Origin: Paramecium tetraurelia
Lineage: Eukaryota
Length of the DNA: 64,000 bases
Direction: 5' to 3'
NCBI GenBank assembly: GCA_000165425.1
Contig: CT868640.1
Location: forward strand, 67,142 to 131,141
Below the pieces are notes generated by a model that saw only the letters and a program-made list of their open reading frames with translations, searched no databases and was not told the origin of the DNA. Within the stretch, counting starts at the first letter, position 1; the number at the start of each line of letters is the position of its first letter. Both the position numbers and the translations under genes were made by a program. Of this stretch, positions 1-12,940 are shown piece after piece.

Positions 1-705
1 TTCTGCAACAATAAAAAAGCAAATTTAAAAGAGATTAGAGAAACGATAGACAATTCGAGAACTTTACAAATAAAAGTCATGGAAAACATTAGTCAAGGTT
101 GCCTCATAAACTAAAGGTTTATATGAGGAATATGATACAATTAAGGTCTAGGGATAGGTTATATGTGTTGGAGATTCAGTTTAAATTAATAGTGGAGATC
201 AACATGATGAGGATTATGTTGGAACCATAAAATAAATTATATCAATAAAAGAGCCAACAACGGCGAAGTTAATATGTTTGTGTAGAATTTAATGGTATAT
301 GAGAAAAAGTGAGATCATTAAATCTTAGCCTAAATGTTCTGAATGGATTTCTGAACAAGAATTATTTATAACTAATCATTAAGAGTATATTTTGGCCTAG
401 AGTATAATAACTAACTGCAAAATATTGAGTTGCAGTGAATATCAGGAGTTGGATGAAATAGATTCCACTATTTATTTTAACAGATTAGAATGGGATCTTT
501 AGAAAAAATAATTTGGTAATATGGATGCAATATAGTAATATTGTTTATGCTTTCAACCGGTGAATCCCGATAGGCAATATATTCAAGTATATCATAATTT
601 CATATTAAGTGTGATTCATGTAAAAATTGGTACCATTTTGAATGTGTTGGTATAAAAAATGGCACCTATGATAAAAATGAATTCAATTGCAGGAATTGTT
701 AATGA
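1..705 (+). CDS. BAH + PHD finger protein (EBS/SHL-like architecture), 5'-truncated by the window edge
   Basis: Code-6 frame open from nt 2. BAH-like segment: ICVGDSVQI..DYVGTIKQI..RIQWYMRKSE..EQELFIT..SIITNCKILS. PHD: YCLCFQPVNPDRQYIQ/CDSCKNWYHFECVG..FNCRNC. One 23-nt intron at 587-609; TGA at 703-705. Confidence 0.88.
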
Positions 706-788
706 TTCAATTATTTGTATTTTTAATATACTGTAATATATTAGTTTTTATTATTCAAACAATTATAGCAATTTAAATTGGCGAATAG

Positions 789-2851
789 ATGTAAACTTCA
801 TTCAAATTTCGAGCTCCATGCAATTTATAATAATTCCAATAAGAAATCATTGTAGAAAACGAAGTATTTTTTCTGTATTTACAACAGATCCCAGAATTAG
901 ACACATTCGAAGAGTTTTGTAGCAATATTCCTGATTAGGATAATCAAGACATAAACTTCTCTAAACAATCACATACACACAACTCATAATTAATTCGCAT
1001 TGATTGCTAATAAACACATGAATCAAAATCATCGGAATTGTAACAATCAATTGATTCACGGGATTAAAAGAGCAAATCAAAAATAAAAAGTGTGCAGAGT
1101 CAAGACAATGAACAAATAGCATATATGCAATTTGTAGAATTCAATCCTCATAGCATAATATCGGAATCAATTAATTAGAGGACAGATACATAATAGAGTT
1201 AGAAAGATACAATGGCAGAGCCACCTGCTCCATAAAATAAAAATACAACTAAATTCTGCTTTCCATCTAAAGGAAGTGGGTTGAATAATTGTAATGAATC
1301 AATTTATTTAATATAGTAAAGAAATAACTTTGTGTCAACTAAGATATTTAGAATAACAATAGAAATCAAAGCAATTCAGAATAAACTGTCTTAAAAAACC
1401 AGTCTTTGTCTGAAAATAAAAATAATATCGAAGAGGATTTAAGAAAATAAATCACTTAGCTTTGCAAAGAAAAAACTTAAATATAATAACAATATTAATC
1501 ATAAATAAAACAGTTATTGGAGTAAAATTAATTTTTGGAATAATAACTAATTTAATAAAAATAACAAACATAAACGTTGAATTAGGATAAACAAATTTTA
1601 TATTAAAAAATTACCATCTTATAAAAAAAATAAGGTTTAGATAAAAATACAATAATTGAAAATTGTAATTTACCAGAATCTGTACCAAGTAAATTGGCAA
1701 ATAATCAGAAGATTTAATATTTAATTGAGAAATTAAACTAGAAATGTCAAGAGAATGCTCGACTTCAATATGAAATTATATTGCTATAAAATAATGTACA
1801 TTTCATTATTTAGATTTTAGATTGAATTATTAGAAACCTCCAAGGTTTTGTAATTGGCAAATAATAATATCTTCTCCCTGGATCCAGGCAAAACTAATAA
1901 CCAAAATCATTCTCCTTAACCATAATCATAGAATAGAGCATAATCATTGAGTAAGGATAGCAGAACAAGCTTGTTGACATAATAGAAATAACCACTAAAT
2001 GTTACCATTAACTATCCAGCTGAAGGTAAAAACATAGTGAACTTGTAATTATTGAACTTTAATTTAGATCGGCTATGATATCTCCATTATCCAAATGTGC
2101 TTAGATTATTTAATAAAAACAGTTAAATCAGAAGATTTAAAAAAATACCCACTAATTTCAAGAAGATATCTAGTCTTAAAAGATACAGTAAGACTTATTT
2201 CTATATTTTAAGCACTAAAAATTCTACATCAGTAGGAGAACTAATGTCTATTAAGTCTGATGCCATTAATTACTCTAGTATTATTAATAGAATCCTAAGA
2301 AAGGAATCATATTCAATATCTTCCCCAGATGGTAGAGCTACATAAAAATTCAAATAAGCTTTAAATGAAAAATTAAATAATCTTTAACAAGATAGTTCAA
2401 AGTCTTATGGTAGTTTGTTATTCTCTTTGGGGGAACAGAAAAACAAAGAAACAAATAATTGTTTCAGACAAACATCTCCCAAGAGAGAGAAAAAAAAATC
2501 TAAACAGTAATCAAGTGAAATTAAACTAGGCTTTTCGGTTTTATGAATCAACAAAATTCAAGAAAATAATCCGATTTACTTAAATCAGAAGAATCTCATC
2601 GATCTGATTTAGGAAGAAGATCTGAAAAGTATTTAAAATTAATTTAATAAAGTAAAAATGGGATGGATCCTAATAATGAAATAATACAATTTATGAAAGA
2701 AATGCAAAATAAAAAATCAGATAGTAATCTCATATATCTTAAATTATTAGTCTCGAAAAATATTAAATAGCCAAATGCTGGTACAATATTAACAAGACCT
2801 TTGACTGCAGATATGAAGGATGCAAATAGCAATTGTTAATAAAAATTTTGA
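789..2851 (+). CDS. Hypothetical low-complexity Q/N/S-rich protein with a coiled-coil segment
   Basis: ATG 789 (MQTSFKFRAPC...). The frame is kept open through several tiny GT-AG introns (about 864-887, 1796-1820, 2045, 2188, 2507, 2619) to TGA 2849-2851. Confidence 0.7.
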
Positions 2852-3001
2852 AATTATTAATATTTTTTATCTATTTAGAACCTATAATTTTTCAATAGTG
2901 GAGGCAAATTCATGAAATATTTCCAATTGAAATAAATTTAAATCTTCTGTAATTTATAACATTATTTAATTCTTTATAATTAATAAATTTAATTACATAT
3001 A

Positions 3002-4104
3002 ATGGAATATACTAGATTGGGAAACACAGGCTTATTGATTTCAAAGATATCTTTTGGAAATATGGTAAATTTTGCCCCTGAGGACGAAGAAGTCAATACA
3101 GAGATTATCAAAACATGCTATGAAGCTGGTGTTAATTTCTTTGATTCCGCAGAATTGTATTCTTAAATCCGAAAATTTTAGTTATGAAAATGGCTAAGCA
3201 GAAGCTTAATTAGGAAGATCCATTAAGAAATTAAACATTCCACGTGAAAAGATAATAGTTTCTGTTAAGATACAGGGCAATAACTTTGACGGAGGAAACA
3301 AAGTTAATAGGCTATTCACCCTTAATCGTAAACATGTGATAGAAGGTGTTAATGCATCGCTTGCTAGAATGCAACTAGACTATGCTGATATTGCTTTTGC
3401 TCACATTTATGATCCAGATACACCTATCGAAGAAATTTGTAGAGGATTCAATCAAGTCATTGAAGATGGAAAAGCCTTTTATTGGGGAACATCTAATTGG
3501 AAACCTTAATAAGTCTAAGATGCATTCAACTACTGTGACAAGCATGGCTTAATCAGACCTGTTGTTGAGTAATGTCCATATAACATGTTAACAAGAAACA
3601 TCTTAGAAAAAGATTATGTTGATATATTTGAAGTAGGGTATGGTACAACAATCTACAGTCCCTTATAAGGGGGACTATTGACTGGAAAATATAATGATGG
3701 TCTTATCCCTTAAGGTAGTAGAGCAGGTACTGATAATGGATGGTTAACAAAAGAATTATCTTATTCATTAATCTTTAAAAAATTTTGTATTATAAATATA
3801 TCTTACAATTTTAGTGGAAGATCCTGAGTCAATAGTGAAACTTAAAAAATTAGGAGATTTAGCACAATCGATAGGATACACTCAAACTTAATTGGCTATC
3901 GCATGGACTCTATATAACAAAAATGTATCGACTGCAATCATAGGGGCCAAGAATGTGTAATAATTGAAAGATTCCTTGAAAGCCTTTGAGTTATATAAGA
4001 AGTGGGATAAAGAACTAGAATAAAAGGTTGAGGCTATCATATAAAACAAACCATAATAAGAATATAATTGGTAAACTGGAAAACCTTTTCCTGATAGGAG
4101 ATGA
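3002..4104 (+). CDS. Aldo-keto reductase, voltage-gated K+ channel beta-subunit (AKR6/KAB1)-like, copy A
   Basis: MEYTRLGNTGLLISKISFG, NFFDSAEFYENG, SVKI, SLARMQLDYADIAFAH, GKAFYWGTSNW, YSPLQGGLLTGKY. Two tiny introns; TGA 4102-4104. Confidence 0.92.
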
Positions 4105-4181
4105 TAATCTTATGGAATTAATTTATAATTTAGAATTAATTTTAAAACAAATTATAATAAAATAAATTAATATTAGTCAAA

Positions 4182-5281
4182 ATGGAATATAATAGATTGG
4201 GAAACACAGGCTTATTGATTTCAAAGATATCTTTTGGAAATATGGTGAATTTTGCCCCTGAGGACGAAGAAGTCAATACAGAGATTATCAAAACTTGCTA
4301 TGAAGCTGGTGTTAATTTTTTTGATACTGCAGAATTGTATTCTAAATTCCTAAAATTTTAGATATGAAAATGGAAAGGCAGAAGAATAACTTGGTAGATC
4401 TATAAAAAAACTTAACATTCCAAGAGAAAGGATAATTGTATCCGTTAAGATCCTTGCTAATCTTGAATAAGGTGGAAATCCAATTAATCGTTCTTTTACA
4501 TTAAATCGTAAACACGTAATAGAAGGAGTCAACGCATCTCTTAAAAGACTTCAATTAGACTATGCTGACATTGCCTATGCTCATTTTCTAGATTAAGATA
4601 TCTAGGTGGATGAGATTTGTCGAGGATTTAATTAAGTCATTGAGGATGGTAAAGCCTTCTATTGGGGAACTTCTAATTGGAAGCCATCAAAGGTTTAAGA
4701 GGCTTTTAACTATTGCGATAAACATGGCCTCATCAGACCCGTGGTTGAACAATGCATATATAACATGGTGATTAGAAACTTAGTGGAGAAGGATTATGCT
4801 GATGTTTTTTCATAAGGATATGGATCAACTATCTACAGTCCATTGTAAGGAGGGTTGTTGACTGGTAAATACAACAACAATCAAATACCAGAAGACAGCA
4901 GAGCTGGTAAAGATAACGGGTGGTTAACTAAAGACAGTGCTCATGCAGTATTTTTTGCAAAGTTTTGTAATTATATGTTGTTATATTTAAGTGGGAAATG
5001 AAGATGCTATTACAAAACTCAAAAAGTTAGGAGACTTAGCTTAGTCTCTTGGTTACACTCAAACATAGCTGTCAATAGCTTGGGTTTTATATAACAAAGA
5101 TGTGTCTACAGCTATAATCGGTGCCAAGAATGTTTAATAGGTGAAAGATTCTTTGAAAGCCCTTGAATTATATAAGAAATGGGATAAGGAATTAGAATAA
5201 AAAGTTGAGGCTATCTTATAAAACAAACCGTAATAAGATTATAATTGGTAAACTGGAAAACCTTTCCCTGATAGGAGATGA
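4182..5281 (+). CDS. Aldo-keto reductase, Kv-beta-like, tandem copy B
   Basis: Paralogue of 3002-4104 with the same intron positions. NFFDTAELYENG, GKAFYWGTSNW, identical C-terminus NWQTGKPFPDRR; TGA 5279-5281. Confidence 0.92.
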
Positions 5282-5993
5282 GTTATATATATTAAAAATA
5301 TTTATATATCATATCCTTTTTGAAGGGTCTATCTGATTATATTAGCAGACTCAAGATAATTTAAATTCTTTTTATCATCTAAAACAACTTAATCTAAGAT
5401 AAATAAGATAAAGTGACATATGAATAGAAAAACAAAATGTTCTTTGTTAAAAGTAAACCTATCGTTTTAATCTTACTAAATGATAAATATTTCAGTTTAT
5501 TGAATTTAATTTAAAAAAAAGAGCAAATCTATTTTTACATGTGAATCATAGAGATAATTATCAATAATCTTTGTTAATTTATTATTTTAAAACGGTATAT
5601 TAATATTGTTTATATAGGGTTCTATTATCCTTTCAATAAATAGAGGAACTGTAAGTAGAGAATCATTCGAATAGCCTCGTAGTCCAAATAGAAATGTCCA
5701 ATCGAAATTATTCAAATTAGTTGTGATATATTAATTTCTATTTCTAATATAAATTATTATTATTTGAAAATAGAAAGGCTTTTGATCATTAGGGCTGAAA
5801 CCTCATAATTAGTGAAGGATTAAGATTTAATAACATTCTTAAGATGCTCGTAATAATTTTAAAGCAGTGAAAATTGTTAATTTTGATAAAAGTAATTGGT
5901 AAAATTTTTGGAATGAATTTTGGAAAATAGCAAATACTTTAGCAAAGACACCAACTTTAATGAATACATTAAATAAGTTATTATTAAATACTC

Positions 5994-6608
5994 ATGGCTC
6001 ATAAAGGATAGAAAAGTAATCCATTTATAGTTGATGCTCGAACTCCAAACAGAATAATCAAAGAAAATGATGATAATACAAATACTTACCTAGTTTCATA
6101 TGGTAATAATTAAGTTTTGGAAGATAAAGACTACATTGAAGTAAATTACCCGGAATTAGTTGAGGATTATAATTTTTTTATTACAACAGGAGAAAGATAT
6201 GATTAAGAATTTCTTTAATAGAAGGCTCTGCAATTTTCATTATGTTAAATACAAGAAAATCCAATTATAGAATAGCACTTATTAGAGAGAAACAATAAAG
6301 TTTAGATCAAGTAATAGAGAAAATAGACCATTCGATATAAGTGTTTGAATATTCTTGATATTTAAATCAATTCCTCATTGAAGGATAAAAAATTAGCAAT
6401 AAAAATGAAGGCCAATGAAGGCAATATTACAAATATTCCAAGCATGGAGAAATTAATAAAAATTACACATGAATTATAAACCATAGGATATACCTAAGAT
6501 GAATTGATAGTAAGTTTTACTCTAAAGAATCACCAGGAATGCATAGAAGACAAGTCTAGATTAGTGATTGAAGGGGAAATTGATAAGAATATTAAGATGA
6601 ATGATTGA
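5994..6608 (+). CDS. Hypothetical 204-aa protein with a weak chromo/chromoshadow-like N-terminal motif
   Basis: Intronless code-6 ORF of 615 nt: MAHKGQKSNPFIVDARTPNRIIKENDDNTNTYLVSYGNNQVLEDKDYIEVNYPELVEDY... Confidence 0.65.
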
Positions 6609-6678
6609 ATTATTCATCAAGATATTTGCATTTCGTTGAATAATATGAATTTAAGGAGATGTATTAAAATAATTAATT

Positions 6679-8461
6679 ATGTCTAACCACCATCGTAATC
6701 TAAGAGAACTCTTTTCTTCAAAATTCTCTAAACCTTTTTCCAACCTTCCTTCCGATAGATTACGAATTGGGAAGTCTCCAATAGCTGTTGGCAACTTTAT
6801 ACAATATGCATAAAAAAAGAACGCTGAAGAAAAATAACAAAGAAATCATACTCCTGTACACACTCCAAACAAAATAAGAATTGGGTAAGTGAATGTTAAT
6901 GAATATGCATTGCCATATAAAAATCCTTAGCAAAGTTTTTTTAGTAAAGATAGTAATAGATCAAGATCAAAAAGTCCTATGCAATTATCAATACAAAAAT
7001 CACCAAAACAATCCACAATAGATTCTAAAAAGATTTTTGAAAATGACGATTCCATGAATCTCAATCGATAAGTTTCTCAAAAGCTATCTAATCATAATAA
7101 ATTTGCTAGTGCTAACCTAAAAATCAATATCAATGAAGTTCCACATATAAGAATACCTCAAGTGAGTTCTTCTACTAAAATAAAACCTAATGTTTAAAAC
7201 TTTGAGAGCATCTTTAATTCTTTGCTTGTGAAATATGACTCCATTCAATAATAAGCATAGTAACGTCCACCCATCAAAAAGGTATATAAGGAAGAGCCAG
7301 AGGATGAAGAGTTATAGATTGATACATAGATTTGTGTGGCTAAGTCTAGTTTCACTTTTCACTTTGTGATAGGTAAGGGAGGATTTGGAAGAGTATGGAA
7401 AGTTGAATTAAAAAAGAATAGAACTTAATATGCAATGAAAGAGATGTCTAAGGCTAAGATAATATCGAAAAGAAGCGTGAATTCTGTTATGAATGAAAGA
7501 AACCTGTTAGCATAATTTAAACACACCTTTTTGATTAATATGAACTACTGCTTTCAAGACAGAGATAACTTATATCTAGTAATGGATCTTTTAACTGGAG
7601 GCGATCTTAGATATCATATTGGAAGGTTGAGGAGATTTAAGGAACATCAAACTAAATTCTTTGTGGCTTGTGTTATTTTAGCATTAGAATACCTACACAA
7701 TTCAAATGTTATTCATAGAGATGTCAAACCAGAAAACATTGTACTTGATTGTAATGGCTATGCTAGATTAACTGATTTAGGAATAGCCAGGATTTGGAAG
7801 CCTGAGAATTCCTAAGATACAAGTGGTACACCTGGATATATGGGTATTATCAATTCACAATTAAACCTCTAGCTCCAGAAGTTATGTGCAGGTAAAATCA
7901 TACTATTGCTGTTGATTACTTTGCTTTAGGAGTAATGACGTATGAATTTATGCTGGGAAGAAGACCATATAATGGAAGAACAAGACAGGAGATCAGAGAT
8001 CAAATTCTAACAAGATAAGTGCAAGTGAAAAGAAACGAAATACCTGATGATTGGTCAATTGATGCTGCTGATTTCATAAATAAATTAATATAACGCAAAC
8101 CTAATAATAGACTGGGATTTAATGGGCCTCATGAAGTGAAATAGCATCCATGGCTATAAACTTTTCCTTGGACCAAATTACTTAATAAAGAGATACAATC
8201 TCCTTACATACCTCCAGTACTTTTATATTTCTACTACTTAGCCAATTTAAGAGAATTTAGATTATATAAATAATATTAGTGAAGATAATGATACCCAAGA
8301 TGAATAAATTGTAGAAAATAGATTGTTGTTAAAAAAGAATTCTGTCTAAAGTAAGTTTATTAAATAACTTAGATTTATTTTATGGATATAGTTATGATTA
8401 AAACACCTAAACCTAATTAAAAAATACAAAAAGTACAAGTAGCACCTTAGTAGTTAATTGA
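6679..8461 (+). CDS. AGC-group Ser/Thr protein kinase with a long S/P-rich N-terminus
   Basis: [59 protein letters not shown]. Three tiny introns near 7844, 8217 and 8352; TGA 8459-8461. Confidence 0.93.
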
Positions 8462-8993
8462 ATTTGCAATTTTGATTTGATAATTAATGTCAAATTTTCA
8501 TACTTCTTTTTATTCCATAAAATTCTAAAATTAAAATATTTTGGTGACTTAGTATCAATATATTCGTATAGTTGAAATTTCAAATATTCCTTTTTCAGAA
8601 ATATTTATTTAGCTGTGATTAATAGTGCAATCTTTAAAAATAATTAAATATCAAATTTTTATGATCTGCTTTTATAATTTTCTATCAAGATAGTGTTTAG
8701 TTCAAAATTTTAGATATAGAAAGTGTAAACATTTTGAATTAATAATATATAATTCTGGTTTTCCTAAATTGCTAACATTATTTGTAACTTCATAAAACTT
8801 AAATCACAGCATTATTATTTCTTCTGGATTCATCTTCCTATCCATCATAGTTCCTTATCTCAAATATTATCTAAAAGCATTTACAAAATAATAATAACTA
8901 TGTGAAAATAGACTAATGGGTAATAATAAAATTAAAAAATAAGTACGGGTTATTATATATAATAGTTTAAATACAAGATATATTATAAATTCA

Positions 8994-9335
8994 TCATTAA
9001 AATTACAAAATTATTTATAGCTTTTCATAAGCTTGCTCTTATAATGGATGAATTCCCTTTTCAGCAAATTTCAAATGAACAATTAAATAGAGTAATGTTT
9101 TATCAGATAGTCTCAAGCCTTAAATACAATTATCTGGAATTAAGAGAACTCTATAAATAGATTTAATTAATGGGGCATGGTTCTTTTGGTTTGGAAAACA
9201 AAGCATATATCTCTAAGTAAAATACTCAGCTCTCAAATATATTTATTTTAGAAAGACATCTATATTAAGAGATTTCTTGATTTGTAATCTAGTTGTTGTT
9301 GTTGTTGATGTTCGTTTCCTTATTGCTGTTCTCAT
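8994..9335 (-). CDS. Small hypothetical protein (113 aa)
   Basis: Intronless code-6 ORF MRTAIRKRTSTTTTTRLQIKK...EKLQIILQFQ followed by TGA TGA. No recognisable domain, and a shorter + strand ORF overlaps it. Confidence 0.45.
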
Positions 9336-9573
9336 TTAATTAATAATGGAATTTAATCTAAGTTTACATTTAAATAAAAATTATGAAAGAATTTCGAATA
9401 CTTCATTTAATTATTGATTATTTTATAATAGAAATTAAGTGACGGTTTCATTTAGTTTTCTATTTTAGCAATATTTAGATAAGCATAAAATTAATCGAAA
9501 AGAAGATGAAATTAAATAATAATTTTAAATATTATAGAATTGGATAGAAATGTGTTATAATAATTATATTTTA

Positions 9574-10998
9574 TCAATATTCTTGCATAATATTCTATCT
9601 GTCTTTAAGATTAAACTGTGTTTTGCCTTTCTCCTTCATTTCCTTAGCACGTTTGATCTTTTGCTTAACTTCAGCCACTGCTTTCTTCATACCATTCTCC
9701 TCAAATGTCTTTAAGCTTTTCTAGAAGTAATTCAGGGCATCTCTAAATTCTTGAAGTAATAATAGGATGCTTCCTTTAAATTGTTAATATTTTAATTACC
9801 AATAATTTTTTGGGTTTTAGCAACTTACACACTTCCTTCACCATAAACTTTGACTTCTAAATCTTCAGTTTCTTTGAGTTCAGCCAAGGCATCCTGATGT
9901 TTTTCTTATTTTAACTAAATTATTGCTATTTGTCGTTTGATTTTGATAACCTTTTTATCTTGCGTAGTGTACAATTCGATGTATATTTATTTCACCTTTG
10001 ATAGACAAGCAATTTATTCATCTATTTGTTCGATCTTTTCGTAATAAGTGGATAATTATTGGTATAATTCAGCAACATATTCAGTCTTCTGATAGTTAAT
10101 TTCTATGAGCATGTCAATAGCACTTGACAAACATTGAATGGCATCTTTCCAATTTTCTTAGCATGCATAGATTTTTGACTTTTCAATATATGATATTGCA
10201 CTTTGTTCTGATTTGTATCCATATTTGGCTTCAGTGATAGCAAAGACTTTGGTAATACAATCTTCACTTGCATCGAAGTCTTTCATTTTTCTAAAATTGC
10301 TAATGAAATGATAGTTTACGTGTGACAATTAGACATCAAAGTTAAGGTTTGGATTGAGTGTTCAGTTTCATCTCCATAGATTTGACATTGAGTTTCATAA
10401 GCTTTTTTTAATAAGTCTAGAGATTCTTCATAACTATTGATTTCTAAATAACATTTTCCAAGTAAGGTGAGAATGATTGCATTATAACTCTTACTTTCTT
10501 ATTCTTCATTAAATAATTTGGCATTCTTTTTTAATGCCAATGTTAGATGATCAATAGCTTATTCATAACACTTATAATTAAGATATGCTTCACCTATGTT
10601 GGTATGTGCTTTAACTAATTTGAATTGTCCTTTACCATGAGTGAATACAAGTATCTATTTAAGATATCAATATACCTTTGCTAATGCCAATTAATGCATT
10701 CTTATATTCAAAATTTGTTCTTCACTTTTGTCTTTGGAATACTCATCAAGCATTTTGAGTTTTTCTTCTAGATCCTCTGAAATTTTATCTTCGATTTGTT
10801 TCTATTGATCAGCAGCATAATTTCCATAATTCTTGTCCTACTGATTTTTGTCTCTCGAAGCTACACCATTAAATGATTAATATTACAACTATCAAACTAA
10901 TTCTGATCCATCTAATCGATTTAATTAAATTGATCATATTCTTCGTCGTTCTAATCATCCTAGAAGTTACCTTCTCCATCCTCATAATCATCTTACAT
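9574..10998 (-). CDS. TPR-repeat protein, TTC23/TTC23L-like
   Basis: Acidic N-terminus, then ALAK..HGKGQFKLVKAHTNIGEAYL..EQAIDHL, LGKCYLEINSYEESLDLLKKA and further TPR-like repeats. Tiny introns near 10656, 10291 and 9775. The TTC23 resemblance is from memory. Confidence 0.75.
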
Positions 10999-11054
10999 TT
11001 TTAGAATTATATTAATAACTTAAATTCATTAATCGAAATAATAAAACATTGTAA

Positions 11055-12763
11055 TCAACAGTACTTTTCATATAATTTCTTAGCCCCCCAACATAGAACA
11101 CCGATAGAACAAATAGTTACTCCAATAAATGTAATAACACTACTCTTCCTAAATTATTAATACTCAAATTTACTTATCTTTCTAATTAGAATTTGCATAT
11201 ATAACAGATCTGTGTTTTCTGTTTATTAGAATAGTAGAATCTGAGATGATCTACTCCTATTGAACTAATTAAGCGATTTCATAACTATTATTGACTTCAG
11301 TATCCTTTTCTTTCAATTCATCGTCTTCAACTACGCGTTCACTTGGTTGAGATTGTTGAATATTCTAGAAATCTTCTTTCAGAGTCATAGTGCATCCTTT
11401 CAGACAACTGGAATTCGATGTAAAAGAAGCGAAAGATGGTTTGCTTTTAAATCTTTTTTTCTCACTTCCAAACTCCCAATTCTTAGATTCAGTCTTATTG
11501 CTTAATTGCTACGGCAACGCTGATCTGTAATACCATGGCTACCTTTGTGACACTACATAATCAAATTGTATTCTTTACTTTCTTCTTCCACATACATGCC
11601 ATCAGTAATTAAAGCAGCCTTATGATCACTATCTAAGTCTTCCTCTACCTCATCCAATTCAGAAAATGCTTTGTTAGTTTCAGAGGGATTTGAAATTAAT
11701 CTCTATTTCAATCTGGATGATCCCAAGTTCTGGTGAGTCTTATATCTCAGGGTACTAGAGACCAACAATTTGTCATTTGAATTATTACTGCTCTTTTATT
11801 CAGGATTAAATGATTTTTCACTTTCACTCTAATCTTTATTGTTTGTTTATGCGAGATTATTCTTTAAGGATATCACTTATGACAGATTTTCAATCAATTA
11901 GTTTTCTTTTTATACCAATTAACTTGATATTTATAAACACAACTTCAATGAATCGAAATTATTGAATGATTCCTCAATGAACTCATTAAAATAATTATTT
12001 AATACGTGTGTCTTCCAGTGAATATTAAGCACTCATAAATTGATCATTAAATGTTCTCTTTCTTGGAGTTATCTATTAAAAAGCATCATTCCTTTGACTT
12101 TTTATGAAAAACCGCAAGTCATTTATGATTTTCAATTACTTCATCATCCTCTAATTGATCTCCAATCCCTTCTATTCTAGAGTCTGCAACTTGATCAGAT
12201 TCTAATCATATCTCTCTCTCACCTGATTATAATAATTATTTTATTACGTTTTAATAGTGTTGTTTTAACTCACTATTTTTCTTCATCTCATATATTAAGA
12301 TTTTTTTGAAATCCTGATTCTCTTCTTCCAAATAATCACACTTCTCCTTACACATCGTTATACCTTCTATCAATTCCTAAAATTGCTGATTCACAGGACT
12401 TGAAATCTTTATAGACTTCATTTGCTTATCGATTAAATTCAATTCATTTTCTTTCGATATGATGTCTTCATTAAGTTTATCCCTCTATTTATGTATGCTA
12501 CTTATATTGTCTTACAAGCAATGTATCTTATACTCTAACTCATTTATTTGATTGCCCACTTAATTCCCCTTTAAATTGTTCCTTAGTTACTAATGTTCCT
12601 ATTATTTCTAAAAATATATTTCAAAGAAGGCCTGCATTAACTACTCTGAGTTCATATTCTCATAACTAGGATTTTAACCTTGTTTAGATGCTTTGCTTAA
12701 GTAGTTTCGTATCCTTTCAAGTATCTAATTAAGCTAGACTTAATTTTGTATAGAAACATCCAT
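11055..12763 (-). CDS. Coiled-coil protein with a C-terminal transmembrane helix (tail-anchored); one apparent +1 frameshift
   Basis: Starts MDVSIQNQVQLNQ, with a 25-nt intron near 12223-12247. The frame breaks at the 11988-11991 homopolymer. It ends VITFIGVTICSIGVLCWGAKKLYEKYC-TGA. Confidence 0.7.
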
Positions 12764-12940
12764 CGAAAATAATTAAAATAAATTAAATTTAATGACGATA
12801 TATCTGTCTCTGGATCCTTTCCAAAACATATGGTTTACTCTTAAGTTAGTAGTACTTCAATTCCTTATACAAGATTAAACGCTATATTTGCACCTGACTA
12901 TAATAAATAATTAATTTAACATATCAAATTTGAGTGACCT

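Noticed and set aside
5282..5993. Possible small gene with an intron-like GT..AG at 5595-5617
   Set aside because: I could not build a consistent ATG-to-TGA model.
7771..7785. DLG instead of DFG in the AGC kinase
   Set aside because: This is a common tolerated variant; the catalytic Lys, HRD and Asp are intact.
9292..9310. (GTT)n and other short tandem repeats as CRISPR, telomere or mobile-element signals
   Set aside because: These are simple codon repeats (poly-Thr, Gln or Glu). No spacer-repeat array, C4A2/C3A3 telomeric tract, transposase or terminal inverted repeat was seen.
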